Shown here one piece after another: positions 49,066 through 59,368 of a stretch of 64,000 nucleotides of DNA. Under the pieces are notes generated by a model. It was not told the origin of the DNA. It ran no database searches and worked only from the letters and a program-made list of their open reading frames with translations. Position numbers and translations under genes: made by a program. Source of the DNA: an uncultured virus (IMG/VR IMGVR_UViG_3300026254_000003) (Duplodnaviria > Heunggongvirae > Uroviricota > Caudoviricetes); the IMG/VR virus record IMGVR_UViG_3300026254_000003; one strand, 5' to 3'. The first letter of the stretch is position 1. Each line of letters starts with the position of its first letter.

Positions 49066-49470
49066 TTAGGCTGTCTCTTTGGCAGCCTCAGTGTCTTTAA
49101 GATAAGCCATCTGAGCCTCGCCTTTTTCACTGAGTGTGAGCCCACTCATTTCACACACGCGCGCAACGAGCTTCTCAACATCAGCGCTAGGCAGAGATAA
49201 GGACTCAAGCGTTTTAACACTAAAGCGTGCCGCTTCCTTTAATCCCATAGTGACACCTTTACCGCCATAGGCTTTAACAAAGCTGCCGTCGCGTGACTTA
49301 AGCTGCGCATTGGCTTCATAACGCTTGGGTGGCTTACCGCCACGGGCACGCGGAACGCTGCCATCATTAAATGCGACCTCTACCTCGATATAGGTAGGCA
49401 AGCCTTTGGTTAGCGGGCAGCTGTCTGATGTTAGGCAGTCGATACGTGCAATGACATTACGTCTATTCAT
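49066..49470 (-). CDS. hypothetical protein
   Basis: 134 aa behind repeat 49485. Confidence 0.8.
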   Translation of the reverse strand: MNRRNVIARIDCLTSDSCPLTKGLPTYIEVEVAFNDGSVPRARGGKPPKRYEANAQLKSRDGSFVKAYGGKGVTMGLKEAARFSVKTLESLSLPSADVEKLVARVCEMSGLTLSEKGEAQMAYLKDTEAAKETA

Positions 49471-49554
49471 GGAATTACCTTCTTTGTTGTGTTGACCCGT
49501 GTATCATCTCACAATGTGAGTGCGTTGTCAATGATAACGCACTTAATGGCGCTT

Positions 49555-49863
49555 TTACTCAGCGGCGTAAAGATCACTGTTAGGGTTTTGAAGCTCTGAG
49601 ATGACGTGTTCAGCTTGCTCTCTCAGTGCAAAGAACACTTTGTTTCGGAAAGACTCAGGTGTGCGGTATGTGATTCTAATTTTGGTCCCACTTCGCATAG
49701 GAATTTCAGGATCATAGTCATCCGCTCCTGGTGAGTTGTCAAAAGCCGTCACCAGGTCGACCTGGTAATTGATTTTAACCACGGTGCCATCATCGCGCTT
49801 TCCATCTGTGTTGCTGCTGATAAGGCGTGTGGTGTAGATGTTCTGAAGTCTGGTTTTGCTCAT
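49555..49863 (-). CDS. hypothetical protein
   Basis: MSKTRLQ start after repeat 49877. Confidence 0.75.
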   Translation of the reverse strand: MSKTRLQNIYTTRLISSNTDGKRDDGTVVKINYQVDLVTAFDNSPGADDYDPEIPMRSGTKIRITYRTPESFRNKVFFALREQAEHVISELQNPNSDLYAAE

Positions 49864-50054
49864 AGCGAAGTTCTCTTGTTGTGTTGACAATGTTAGTATC
49901 TCACAGTCTGTGTGGGGTGTCAATGGTTTGTTTTATGGTGCTGCAAGTGTCAGGTTGTTTTACACTGGTGGGTGTATATCCATAAGGAGTGTAAATGTGT
50001 GAATATACAAGGCGCTGAACGACTGCGGGTGCGCTTTTAAATGCGTGAAAAAGG

Positions 50055-50070
50055 CGGCATAAGCATTGCA
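50055..50070 (+). promoter_or_regulatory. Putative sigma54 -24/-12 promoter
   Basis: CGGCATAAGCATTGCA has GG-N10-GC spacing; TTTACAC/GTGTAAA inverted pair at 49959-49995 upstream. Confidence 0.55.
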
Positions 50071-50122
50071 TGGAGTGGGGCGATTTAAGGATAAACATAC
50101 AAATGTAAAGTGGGGAAGAAGT

Positions 50123-50884
50123 ATGAAAAATTTTTTCAAAAAAGGTGTTGCTGCTTTTGCAATAACCATTGCAATGGTAAGTGGTGCAAACGCTGCAAAC
50201 TATATTCCGCTAGACTGGAAGGCAGAAGGTGACGGGCTTGCTTTTCTTGACTATGACACCGGGATAGAGTGGTTAAAGCTTGACCAGACAAAAGGGATGT
50301 CAATTAACCAGGTGAGTGCAGAGCTCGGCGAGGGCGGTTTGTTTGACGGGTGGCGTTTTGCAACGGCACTTGAAGTACAGGATATTGTGACTGATTTAAC
50401 GGGATATGACACCAGTCAATCTCGCTATTATTACAACAACCGCGAAAGCTCACCAGCAGTACAAGAAATTGTTGACGATTTTAGTGCTCAGTTCGGGTGG
50501 ACGTACAAGCGCATATCGGGTTCGTCATGGAATGTAGAACATGACTATTACTCCTACGGCATGTATGTTAATGAAGGCAATGTGAATATGGCGGGTGTAC
50601 GTTGGTTCAAAGATCCGATGACAACGCAGCGAACGCGGTATTATTCGTATTCCTATATTGATTACACGCATGAGTCATATACGTTAGACGCAACAGCAGC
50701 AAGTCGGGGCGTTTACCTGGTTGCTGACGGTGGCGCCACATTGACCACGCAAGAAGATATGTCCCTGGTGGAGAATAATGCTAATGCCCGGTTAGCCAAT
50801 GTAAGCGCGCCAGGCGCTGTCATGGCGGGATTGGGGTTGTTGTCTTTAGCCGGTCTAAAAAGACGTAAGAGCGCCGCGCGCTAA
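50123..50884 (+). CDS. secreted PEP-CTERM-like sorting-domain protein
   Basis: Signal peptide; D.DTG.EWL.L..T.G.S...GWR.AT..EV motif; tail VSAPGAVMAGLGLLSLAGLKRRK. Confidence 0.8.
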   Translation: MKNFFKKGVAAFAITIAMVSGANAANYIPLDWKAEGDGLAFLDYDTGIEWLKLDQTKGMSINQVSAELGEGGLFDGWRFATALEVQDIVTDLTGYDTSQSRYYYNNRESSPAVQEIVDDFSAQFGWTYKRISGSSWNVEHDYYSYGMYVNEGNVNMAGVRWFKDPMTTQRTRYYSYSYIDYTHESYTLDATAASRGVYLVADGGATLTTQEDMSLVENNANARLANVSAPGAVMAGLGLLSLAGLKRRKSAAR

Positions 50885-51022
50885 CATCTCAATTTCATAC
50901 CTCGCCCCGTTTTTTCTGGGGCGAGTTTTACCCTCATAGCTCACACCAAAAACCTCAAAAAAGTTGACTTATGATGTTAATTTTAGTAAAATTGACTACG
51001 TCAACACAACGAGGTAACAGCC

Positions 51023-51370
51023 ATGAACATTGAACAACTACTCCAAGAGCCACGCATCCTGTCATCGCTCATACAAGCAACGGCAACCATTTTTGGTTCA
51101 CTTGTCGCGCTGGTGGGGCTATTAATCACAACCAATGCGATATGGAATAGGCGTAAGCTGAAAACGAGCCTGCTTGAAGCCTATCAAGACCTGCGCGTAT
51201 ACCAAGAGGTTGAGCGAGTCCATGTTGAGATGAACATTGGACGTGGTGAAACGTCAAACATGAACAAGGTGAGAAACATTGTGTTTGAAGAAAAAGGTAT
51301 TCGTACGTCTGGCAAAAACTCTCCAGCTCAAGTAGAGCGTAAAATCGCAAGGCTGGAAGGAAGCGAATAG
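51023..51370 (+). CDS. membrane-anchored hypothetical protein
   Basis: N-terminal TM; preceded by TTGACT-17-TAAAAT and leader GTCAACACAACGAGG. Confidence 0.8.
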   Translation: MNIEQLLQEPRILSSLIQATATIFGSLVALVGLLITTNAIWNRRKLKTSLLEAYQDLRVYQEVERVHVEMNIGRGETSNMNKVRNIVFEEKGIRTSGKNSPAQVERKIARLEGSE

Positions 51371-51475
51371 CACGCCACAGAACTCACTTAACATACAAAA
51401 AAGGCGGTTCTTTCGAACTGCCTTTTCTTATGCTGAAACTCAAAGTGACTAATAAACGACACCTTTAGCAATGAC

Positions 51476-52051
51476 CTAAATCAAGTGCTTTGATTGAGGT
51501 AATGATGTAAAGCTCACCTCTTCTTTATCAGGATTAATGTCGATAGTGTATCCTAGCGCTTTCACCACCGCATCGTATTCCATTGCATACAGAGAAAGAC
51601 GTGTGGCGACGCGCAACCATTCCTTGTCACAGTTGTCGTTAGTGATACAGACTATATACTCGCTTACCTCATCATTAAAAACGAGCGAATCGTCAATGTC
51701 CGATAACTGAGCGTGAAATTTGCTGAGGCCGTCAGGTTCGTAAGTGCGATCGATGACGCTAAGGGCAGATGAGTAATCATCTTGATGCACCAGCGCAAGG
51801 GATAGCTGTGTGCCACGTTGCTCTGTCGTTTCTATATCAAAGTAAACGGGAACAAAGCCAAGTGCATTAAGCTCGCGCAGTGTGTTTGTCGTCACATGCA
51901 TGGTGCTAGGCACGTCAGATGACGCACGGCGAGCGTAGATTTCAAACTCATTAAGGTTAACATCGTCTTGAATATAGAAGCGTAAGTGTTGCCATTTAAT
52001 TAGCGTGGCATTGATGGTTTTGCCATTAATAGATAATGATAGTCTATCCAT
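51476..52051 (-). CDS. hypothetical protein
   Basis: 191 aa, GAGGA RBS. Confidence 0.75.
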   Translation of the reverse strand: MDRLSLSINGKTINATLIKWQHLRFYIQDDVNLNEFEIYARRASSDVPSTMHVTTNTLRELNALGFVPVYFDIETTEQRGTQLSLALVHQDDYSSALSVIDRTYEPDGLSKFHAQLSDIDDSLVFNDEVSEYIVCITNDNCDKEWLRVATRLSLYAMEYDAVVKALGYTIDINPDKEEVSFTSLPQSKHLI

Positions 52052-52122
52052 GTAAGTCCTCGTTGTCAGTGTTGTGCATCACATTGGATGCGTGCATCAG
52101 CGTTAATGTTGCCAAAACGTTA

Positions 52123-52428
52123 TCACCAGCCTTGCGTGGCAAGTGTCGCTACACGTTCAATGGCACGTGAGGGCATCATATTAGTAAACTTGCACGGTTT
52201 CAGATTATTGTGTGGCGCGCAGTTAACCAGTCCCGTGGTTGCGTAAAGCTCAACGGTTCGTGCAGGTCCGATAACCTTGATATGGCGATTGGTGCTGTTA
52301 CACACGCGCACGGTAACGTCTTTTCCAAGTCGAGACTCCAGCGCAGGAATAAGTTTGTGGTTAGGCATTGCTTTCCATGCTGAACGAACTGGATCGGTTG
52401 CGCGTTTTTGTGCTGGCGTTAGTGGCAT
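52123..52428 (-). CDS. small basic protein
   Basis: MPLTPAQ start after repeat 52440. Confidence 0.75.
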   Translation of the reverse strand: MPLTPAQKRATDPVRSAWKAMPNHKLIPALESRLGKDVTVRVCNSTNRHIKVIGPARTVELYATTGLVNCAPHNNLKPCKFTNMMPSRAIERVATLATQGW

Positions 52429-52578
52429 GTGTTCTCTCCGTTGTGTTGACTGTATAAGTGTCTCAAAGCGTGTGAATTTTGTCAAGTGCGGCGAGGTGAA
52501 GGTGGTTTTTATTATTGTAAATAATCAAGAATAGTAACGCGACCTATGCCGCGTTACTTTAGCGATGCGTTTTTTATC

Positions 52579-53199
52579 TTACATCATTTTGCAAATCATG
52601 GTCGCCCACGTTTCGAGGGCATAGTCGCCATTGAGCAGTTCATCAGGCGAAAAGAAGCCGAGAGACTCAAGCTCGTCTTCTTTGCTTTCTACCGTCATGG
52701 CATCAAGCTCTATCATCGTAACCAAGGCAACGTGTTTCGCATCAACACCGGTCTCATCAGCAGTGATCACTTTGTCCAACTTGGTTTGACTCACCACGTT
52801 GGCCCCATTCAATAAGACCTCTTCGTCAATTTCACGCGCAGTAGCGTTCTCAAGTGACTTTTCAAGATCAATGACACTTTTATCATACACTAGGTCGCCA
52901 AGGTCAAAATGACCGCCCACCACCACAGCAACCTTGTTATGAAGCCCCTTTTCACCGCCTTTTTCAGTGCGGCGATATGCCCAGATTTTGCCCTTGTGCG
53001 TAAACACCAGCATAGGCATAACTTGACGGAAGCGATAATCTCTTTCAAGCTCGTGGCGGCGTGCAATGATGATATCGCCTGGTTCTAGCGTGAAGTCGCA
53101 AAAACCATCTTCGCTGCGGTTTACAAAATGCATAGCGTCAACACACACAATGTGCGCAAGATGTTTTGGGTTAATGTTGTCAGTGCGTAGTTTAACCAT
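52579..53199 (-). CDS. Nudix-family phosphoesterase (COG4112/YmaB-like)
   Basis: E.D..FRQV.P.....YRR...GGE..LH.K....VGGH and Nudix-box ATAREIDEEV. Confidence 0.8.
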   Translation of the reverse strand: MVKLRTDNINPKHLAHIVCVDAMHFVNRSEDGFCDFTLEPGDIIIARRHELERDYRFRQVMPMLVFTHKGKIWAYRRTEKGGEKGLHNKVAVVVGGHFDLGDLVYDKSVIDLEKSLENATAREIDEEVLLNGANVVSQTKLDKVITADETGVDAKHVALVTMIELDAMTVESKEDELESLGFFSPDELLNGDYALETWATMICKMM

Positions 53200-53300
53200 A
53201 TTTATTCCTCAGTAAATGAAAATGCCACCGTCAGCAGTGGCATAAAAATGATATAAAGAAGGTATCACATTTTTGTGTTGATGTGTTCGACAATCTCGAA

Positions 53301-53537
53301 TCAGGCTGTCGTTTGAAGCATGTCGTCAATCTCTTGCTTAACCCGCTCTAAAAAGTCGCGTCGTGCTTTGACATCACTGCGTGAACGTTCACCGTCAGCA
53401 TGAAGGTTTTCAGGGCTGAGATCACACTCCACCGTTTGCAATACACGCACCGCGTCGTCAGGTAAGGTGTAAGGTTTAGCATTAAAGAAAGCTTGACGTT
53501 TGTTGAGGTGGTCAAGGTATGCATTCAAAGGTGACAT
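53301..53537 (-). CDS. small hypothetical protein
   Basis: AGGAGGAG RBS; LSPENLHADGE motif. Confidence 0.75.
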   Translation of the reverse strand: MSPLNAYLDHLNKRQAFFNAKPYTLPDDAVRVLQTVECDLSPENLHADGERSRSDVKARRDFLERVKQEIDDMLQTTA

Positions 53538-53549
53538 AATGTACTCCTC

Positions 53550-53990
53550 CTATGCCAGTGAAACGCTAAAGCCGTTATGACAAAAGCCGGTTTCGTTTGA
53601 GATAAAGTCGGAGGCACGTTCTTGAAGCGCTTCTCCGTCCAACGGCGTATCCAGCGTCATGGTAAGTGAGGTGGGTAATGCATCATGGCCCTCATCATAA
53701 TCAATATCTGAGATTAAGTATGAGGTTGAAGCTTGAGCAAAACCGTATTCAACGGCGAGGCGCTGTGCAACAAGGTTGGCTTCTTTCATCTTGGCTTCGT
53801 TGGCCGCAAGCGCATTGTGAATGGCCGTGGCTTCGCGTTCTAATCGAGCGCCATCCATAGGGTGCAGCGTCTCACATTGCAATTGTTTTGTTGCAATGTC
53901 ATGGCAGGTGGTCTCTTGACCTAATGCTTTAGCTGCAAGAATTTTTATCGCTAACGCATCCGCGTAAGCCATTGTTTTCGTCGTAGACAT
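53550..53990 (-). CDS. hypothetical protein
   Basis: MSTTKTM start after repeat 54005. Confidence 0.75.
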   Translation of the reverse strand: MSTTKTMAYADALAIKILAAKALGQETTCHDIATKQLQCETLHPMDGARLEREATAIHNALAANEAKMKEANLVAQRLAVEYGFAQASTSYLISDIDYDEGHDALPTSLTMTLDTPLDGEALQERASDFISNETGFCHNGFSVSLA

Positions 53991-54073
53991 AGAGGTATTC
54001 CTTTTGCTGTGTTGACAGGAATAGTATCTCATGGTGTGAGGGCGTTGTCAATGAAAACAACGCCCTCGCACGA

Positions 54074-54844
54074 CTAGCCGCGATGCATACGGCGCGCTTT
54101 TTTACCAATGTGCTGGCGACGGTCAGACAGGAAAAAGGGCTTCTTTTGCGAACTAATGTCACGCATATTAATCGTTTGCTCACAGCGGTCAACGTAAAGC
54201 TTAAGCTCCATAACGTCAAAGCTCGGCATCGCATCCGTAACAAGCACATGGCGCATACGACGGACAGCGGCCTCTCGCAATTCATCCGTAGTGGCATGAA
54301 ACAAAACGGGGTCGGCATCTTTGCATTCGTTCACCAGTTCAGCCAGTGGCATATCATCTTTGCGCCATAGGCCACGGATTTGAAGCCCAAGCAGTAGTGT
54401 TGAGCGGTAGACATCCTGTGAAATAATGTCCGCATCCACCACGTATTGACACCATGCCTCAACCATTGCCAGCGAACTGACTGACACCATGCGGCTTAAT
54501 GCGTTTAACTCGTTGTTGGGGTCGCGAAAACCAAGCGTAAATGTCGCTGTGTTGTCACCTGAATCGTCGGCAACGCATACACGCAACTGTGTGGTTTCAT
54601 CATCAGAAGTGTTATCGTGGGCCCACTGCTCTACGGTAATCGAAAAGCCACCCACATTATCTACCTCTGAAAAAAGAAGCGCTGCCATCATAGTAAGCTT
54701 GTCTGGGGCTTGGCTAGACGCGCCTGTCACTGTGCCAGATGCTGAAAGTGACATACCGTCTGGTGTATCTGAAAATGCGGCCACAAAAGCTTTTGTGCCA
54801 CGTTCATTCGCAGTTAATGACAGTGATGATAAGATGGGATGCAT
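54074..54844 (-). CDS. hypothetical protein
   Basis: 256 aa behind repeat 54859. Confidence 0.8.
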   Translation of the reverse strand: MHPILSSLSLTANERGTKAFVAAFSDTPDGMSLSASGTVTGASSQAPDKLTMMAALLFSEVDNVGGFSITVEQWAHDNTSDDETTQLRVCVADDSGDNTATFTLGFRDPNNELNALSRMVSVSSLAMVEAWCQYVVDADIISQDVYRSTLLLGLQIRGLWRKDDMPLAELVNECKDADPVLFHATTDELREAAVRRMRHVLVTDAMPSFDVMELKLYVDRCEQTINMRDISSQKKPFFLSDRRQHIGKKARRMHRG

Positions 54845-54927
54845 ACGTGTTTTTCCTTTGCTGTGTTGACAGAAAAGAGTATCTCACAAGGTGAGTGTGT
54901 TGTCAATGGCGATGGCGTATTAAAACG

Positions 54928-55356
54928 CTAACGAGAACAAGCAACACCTATCATTAGTTCACAAGGTGGCACCGCGTCATTGCCATCATCGATGCTGACA
55001 TGCTTGACGTCTCGTTTTTCACACACCGCTTTCACATATAAATTGAAGTGTTCATCACTGTCTATCACAATAGAAAAAGTAAGGCCAAACGCGGAAACGT
55101 TCTCGCATATTTGGTCAAGGCGTGCTTCACCCTCAACATCATACTTGCGCTCAATCGCTTTCGCGGTGAGGCGATAGCCCAATTCATCTTCAGCGCCAAT
55201 ATCTTGATCGGTGTCTACCACCGGTGTGAAGCTGTTGTGAGTCACGATACACGACACGACGTCTTCGCGTGGCGATTCTGCACTCTGTCCTTCATTCTGG
55301 TTGATAACAAGTGTCCAATTGCCTACGTTGATGATGCGTTGCGTTTCAGTATTCAT
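54928..55356 (-). CDS. hypothetical protein
   Basis: MNTETQ start, AAGGA RBS. Confidence 0.7.
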   Translation of the reverse strand: MNTETQRIINVGNWTLVINQNEGQSAESPREDVVSCIVTHNSFTPVVDTDQDIGAEDELGYRLTAKAIERKYDVEGEARLDQICENVSAFGLTFSIVIDSDEHFNLYVKAVCEKRDVKHVSIDDGNDAVPPCELMIGVACSR

Positions 55357-55423
55357 GTTGTTTCCTTGATGTACGCCTATGTTGATAAAAAAGAAAAAGC
55401 GTCTCAATGAGGCTCTCAACTAT

Positions 55424-55723
55424 TTAAAGCGGGCTTTCATCTAGCCAGAAAGCAGATAAAGTGCTGATATTAATAAATAGTTTAGAAGCATCACCTGCGC
55501 TATTACCGTAATCAACAATAATCAAGTCAAATTTCGACTCTTGAATTTGAGAAAGTGAATATAGGTTATCTAATTCAATTCTTTCTGCTGTCTTTCCAAG
55601 TTCAATCCCGTAAACGCCTCCCATAGCATCATCTTGGGCGTATGGGGTAAGGCTATTTTGAAAGTCATTAAACTGCTCTGGGTTTTCTAGATCGTAAAAT
55701 CCACTTGGTTTTGCTTTTTTCAT
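55424..55723 (-). CDS. hypothetical protein (AT-richer segment)
   Basis: MKKAKP start, AAGGA RBS. Confidence 0.65.
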   Translation of the reverse strand: MKKAKPSGFYDLENPEQFNDFQNSLTPYAQDDAMGGVYGIELGKTAERIELDNLYSLSQIQESKFDLIIVDYGNSAGDASKLFINISTLSAFWLDESPL

Positions 55724-55864
55724 GAATGTGTCCTTGGTTAACTTGACGGGTAATCTTGTCAAAAAGGTAGCGACACCGTATTGACAAAACTAGAGTCTAT
55801 TGGCGTTTCTAGTGGAAGCCGATTTTTGTCCACTCTCTGCCCTCGCTGAGCAGCTCACGTTAAG

Positions 55865-56122
55865 TTAGTGTTTCTGCATCACTATGGCAGTGAATGGTCC
55901 CATACAAGTAGACTCTGTGATTGTAAACGTCGCATACCTGGCATTTAATGTTGCATTGATATTGTCACGTCGCTCTCCCGCAGTGTTACGTACAGAACGA
56001 ACACCTTGCGCCTTCAATGCATCAATCAGCGCCTTGCCGTGGTGTCCATCAATGCACTTCTCTGTGCGCTTAAACGTGGATGACAGTAGTTCTGATATGA
56101 GTTTTGCTACTTGATTGTTCAT
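55865..56122 (-). CDS. hypothetical protein
   Basis: MNNQVAK start; weak RBS. Confidence 0.5.
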   Translation of the reverse strand: MNNQVAKLISELLSSTFKRTEKCIDGHHGKALIDALKAQGVRSVRNTAGERRDNINATLNARYATFTITESTCMGPFTAIVMQKH

Positions 56123-56351
56123 AAAATTCAGTCGTGCTAAGCAAGGGGGTTTTTTATATGGTATTCGTACAGTGAGGGTTCTTGGCGTCGCCAAAAATCA
56201 ACATCTTCACTAAAGTAACCGTTGTCTAAATCAAAGCCGCATTCAGCAAGAAAGTTGCGCTCACGGCGCTCACGTTCAACGTTATTCATAACAAAAAATC
56301 GCTCTTTGATACTGGTTGATAGTGGCAGGGCGTGTGCCCTGCCTCGTGACG

Positions 56352-56858
56352 CTAGGTGCGCGTGATGATGTCGACAAAAAGACTGTCGTGGATACGCTGT
56401 GATACTGTTAAGGTGATGGGTTTTTTGAACGCTCTACCATCAAGACTTTGCGTACAACCGTCCAATTCAAGCGATTGCTTTGCAATCCCCATTGACGCAT
56501 AACGCGTGCGGATAAGACGCATGGCATCTTGGCAGCTTTGTATATCGTCGTAACGATACGATAAGTTGTAGTCAACCTTGACCGGCACATACTTCCCTGA
56601 CTGTCCTTTGACGGCTGTGACCTTGCCTTCAATGCCCGTCGGTAAGAACGCCGTAAGGCGCTTGTCCGTTGTGGTCGGAAAGGCAATGGCAGGTGTTGAT
56701 TGATACAGCACGCCATCTACGACGTTAGGGACATTGGTCGCCTGACCTAACTCAACGTGCCCAAACGTATTGTCTTGTTTAGCGGGGAACGCTGATGCGC
56801 CATAAGCAATAGCGCCAAAAAGTAGAACTGAGCCAAAAATAGTTTTGAGATGTTCCAT
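56352..56858 (-). CDS. secreted hypothetical protein
   Basis: Signal peptide-like N-terminus; behind repeat 56871. Confidence 0.8.
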   Translation of the reverse strand: MEHLKTIFGSVLLFGAIAYGASAFPAKQDNTFGHVELGQATNVPNVVDGVLYQSTPAIAFPTTTDKRLTAFLPTGIEGKVTAVKGQSGKYVPVKVDYNLSYRYDDIQSCQDAMRLIRTRYASMGIAKQSLELDGCTQSLDGRAFKKPITLTVSQRIHDSLFVDIITRT

Positions 56859-56989
56859 CGTTTTTCCTCGGTTGTGTTGACAGGTTTAGTATCGCAAAAA
56901 CGGTGAGTGTTGTCAAGCTTTTGTATGCAATAAAACAAAGCCATCAATCAAGATGGCTTTGTTTGTTCGATGCACGAGTGCGGTGAGGA

Positions 56990-57610
56990 TTAGTTGACGA
57001 GGTCGAAAAACTGACCATACGTGATCTCACTAAAACCTTCCGGCACATCAACGGGCTCGTCAACAGGCGGGGCATCGCCCGTGCGCTCGGTGTACTTGGG
57101 CACGCGAAGCACAGCAACATCCTCGCCATTATCATCTTTGGCAATACCGAAGTTTGTCGATATCATTGAACTGGCGCTGCTGTTAGGCACGCGATCGCCA
57201 ATCATGGTTCGCATCAGGTTATTAGAAGAAATAAACCAGTCGCTAAGGTACGGATACTCGGTCAGTGCGTCATTGGCTTTGGCAACAAGGGCGTTCAGTG
57301 CCTTACCAAGCTTATGATTGCCTTTGCCACCGACAATCGCCACTTTCTCACCGTTATGCTCACGGGTGTCATGGACTTTAATGTGCGAGGCAGACACAAT
57401 TGGGTGAGCGACGGGGTAGACCAAATAGCGAATGCTAGACGCCCTGCCCCAGTTGGACGCTTCAGTATGCGCGACGGCACCACCGGCTTCGATATAAAGC
57501 GAGTTCACAATTTCATCACGCTTAGGGGCGATGTTGGCATCAAAGTTACTCAATATCGCTTTGGCTGCATCAGGCGTGCTGACAAAGTAAAAGTAGCGTT
57601 TTTCGTTCAT
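56990..57610 (-). CDS. hypothetical protein
   Basis: MNEKRYF start, AAGGA RBS. Confidence 0.75.
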   Translation of the reverse strand: MNEKRYFYFVSTPDAAKAILSNFDANIAPKRDEIVNSLYIEAGGAVAHTEASNWGRASSIRYLVYPVAHPIVSASHIKVHDTREHNGEKVAIVGGKGNHKLGKALNALVAKANDALTEYPYLSDWFISSNNLMRTMIGDRVPNSSASSMISTNFGIAKDDNGEDVAVLRVPKYTERTGDAPPVDEPVDVPEGFSEITYGQFFDLVN

Positions 57611-57635
57611 GATTGAGATTCCTTGTGAGGGCAGC

Positions 57636-57857
57636 TTACTGCCCAAGTGGATAAGTGACGCGCTCGGCAGCACGCTGCTTTTTGATACTGCGCATTAGCG
57701 CAACAGAGCCTGCACTTCTCGCAGCCACTTCACATTCAGAGTGATTGGGAAAAAGCGCAGTGTAATACGATGCCGGCTTATCACTCTTCTTTGCGCGTTC
57801 TGACGCTGAAGGTGAAAGGATAACGGGTTGATTACAGTATTTGCATATTGACGGCAT
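57636..57857 (-). CDS. small Cys/His zinc-binding protein
   Basis: CKYC...H..C; AGGAGG RBS after repeat 57868. Confidence 0.75.
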   Translation of the reverse strand: MPSICKYCNQPVILSPSASERAKKSDKPASYYTALFPNHSECEVAARSAGSVALMRSIKKQRAAERVTYPLGQ

Positions 57858-57946
57858 GACGGCCTCCTGTTGTGTTGACAAGACAAGTATCTCAAATGGT
57901 GTGAGCGTTGTCAAGTAAATTAGGCAAAAGGCCGCCTCTTGCAACG

Positions 57947-58225
57947 TTATGCCGCGTAATAACCTTCATTCACACCAAAGCGGCGTAGCGGGTCTGGCAC
58001 AAGCGTAAAGCCTTTGCTTTCCATGAGCGCGTCATTGTCTAACTCGCTGTCAGTAAGCGCAAAAAGCGCCGCCTCGATGTCATCATCATTGCCATAGCCT
58101 TCAAAGCCGTGCTCATCACGCCCGATAATATACAGTGATTCACTGTCATCATGGTAAAGCCAGTGTGCTGACATAATATCATTGTCAAAGAGGTACTTGC
58201 CGGTCTCGTTGTCGTAAGGGCCCAT
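57947..58225 (-). CDS. small acidic protein
   Basis: MGPYDNE start just after the upstream stop. Confidence 0.65.
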   Translation of the reverse strand: MGPYDNETGKYLFDNDIMSAHWLYHDDSESLYIIGRDEHGFEGYGNDDDIEAALFALTDSELDNDALMESKGFTLVPDPLRRFGVNEGYYAA

Positions 58226-58226
58226 G

Positions 58227-58577
58227 TTAATCTCTGCCTTTGTTATCGTTGATGTTAGGGGTTTCACCTGGGCGAGGTAAGATGTCGTTGATACGCTGCC
58301 CTAATGGTGTCTCTATTGAGGGGATGTCAATTGCCAGTGGCGCGCCCGTGTTCGTCGTGTTAAGCAAACACTCGTATACTGCCGCAAGCTCAACGATGAC
58401 ATCGCGAATATCGCTTAAAAGCACGCTGTCATTTTCGGGTTCGCCGGGTGGGATGCCTGCATCCGTCATGATCTGAACGAGTTCAGATGTCGTGCTGGCG
58501 GCCACATTAGCAGAGAGTTCACCTCCAAAGTTCTCGCTGAGAAAGGCGTTTATCGCTTTAGATGATAGTCGTGACAT
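58227..58577 (-). CDS. hypothetical protein
   Basis: 116 aa, coupled to upstream ORF. Confidence 0.7.
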   Translation of the reverse strand: MSRLSSKAINAFLSENFGGELSANVAASTTSELVQIMTDAGIPPGEPENDSVLLSDIRDVIVELAAVYECLLNTTNTGAPLAIDIPSIETPLGQRINDILPRPGETPNINDNKGRD

Positions 58578-58948
58578 TATTGTTCATCCAAATCAATGAT
58601 GCTTCGCAGCGTCGCCCGTGATGTAGGGCAAAGCATATTACCTAACGTCGCAAGGTCAATGGGTATTAAGGGGTTGTCGTTGCAACCTTCCCATCCAATT
58701 GCAATGTTTTCGTTAACAAATGCAATAGAGAAGCCAGGGTATTGCGTAAACAAGTACTCTAAATCAGCATATGGCGCGTTATCATAACGAAGCGGCAATG
58801 TTCGCTTTAGCATAAACAGCGCCTGAGCCAACCACGGGTTGGTGATAATAATGGGCGATTTGGTTGCCTTGACGAAATCGGTGAGGCGTGCGGCAATCTG
58901 TCGGCTAAGATAAAGGGTGTCGCCCTGTGGTTGTGATGCGTTGTTCAT
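58577..58948 (-). CDS. hypothetical protein
   Basis: 123 aa, TAAGG RBS. Confidence 0.7.
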   Translation of the reverse strand: MNNASQPQGDTLYLSRQIAARLTDFVKATKSPIIITNPWLAQALFMLKRTLPLRYDNAPYADLEYLFTQYPGFSIAFVNENIAIGWEGCNDNPLIPIDLATLGNMLCPTSRATLRSIIDLDEQ

Positions 58949-58998
58949 AGATAAACCTTATTTTGCATAGATTGAATAAGGGGTGCCCCCCTCATTGT

Positions 58999-59283
58999 TT
59001 ATTGTGGGGCTCGAAAACGAACCTGATCACTTTCGTGTACGAAAACAATAGTTTCCGCATTCTCCCATTCCCAGTAGCCCTTTTGCTTCTTTGCCCATTG
59101 TTCAAGTGCAGGGGCAATCCACTGATAGCCTCTGACTTCGCAATCGTAGCTGATGGCGTCGATGTCTGAACAAAAAAGTTGCCCCTCGTCGCCTACACGA
59201 AAATTTACATGACGGTCGACCATATTGAAAGTGCCATTTTCAAGTACGGATATGTAGACCGTTGGGATGTTGCGTAAGACCAT
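58999..59283 (-). CDS. hypothetical protein
   Basis: MVLRNIP start after repeat 59295. Confidence 0.75.
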   Translation of the reverse strand: MVLRNIPTVYISVLENGTFNMVDRHVNFRVGDEGQLFCSDIDAISYDCEVRGYQWIAPALEQWAKKQKGYWEWENAETIVFVHESDQVRFRAPQ

Positions 59284-59368
59284 AATATTTCCTCTGTTGT
59301 GCTGACAGAGCGAGTATTGCAAAAGCTGTGTTTTTTGTCAATAATCGCGTGAAGAACATCCAGAAAAA

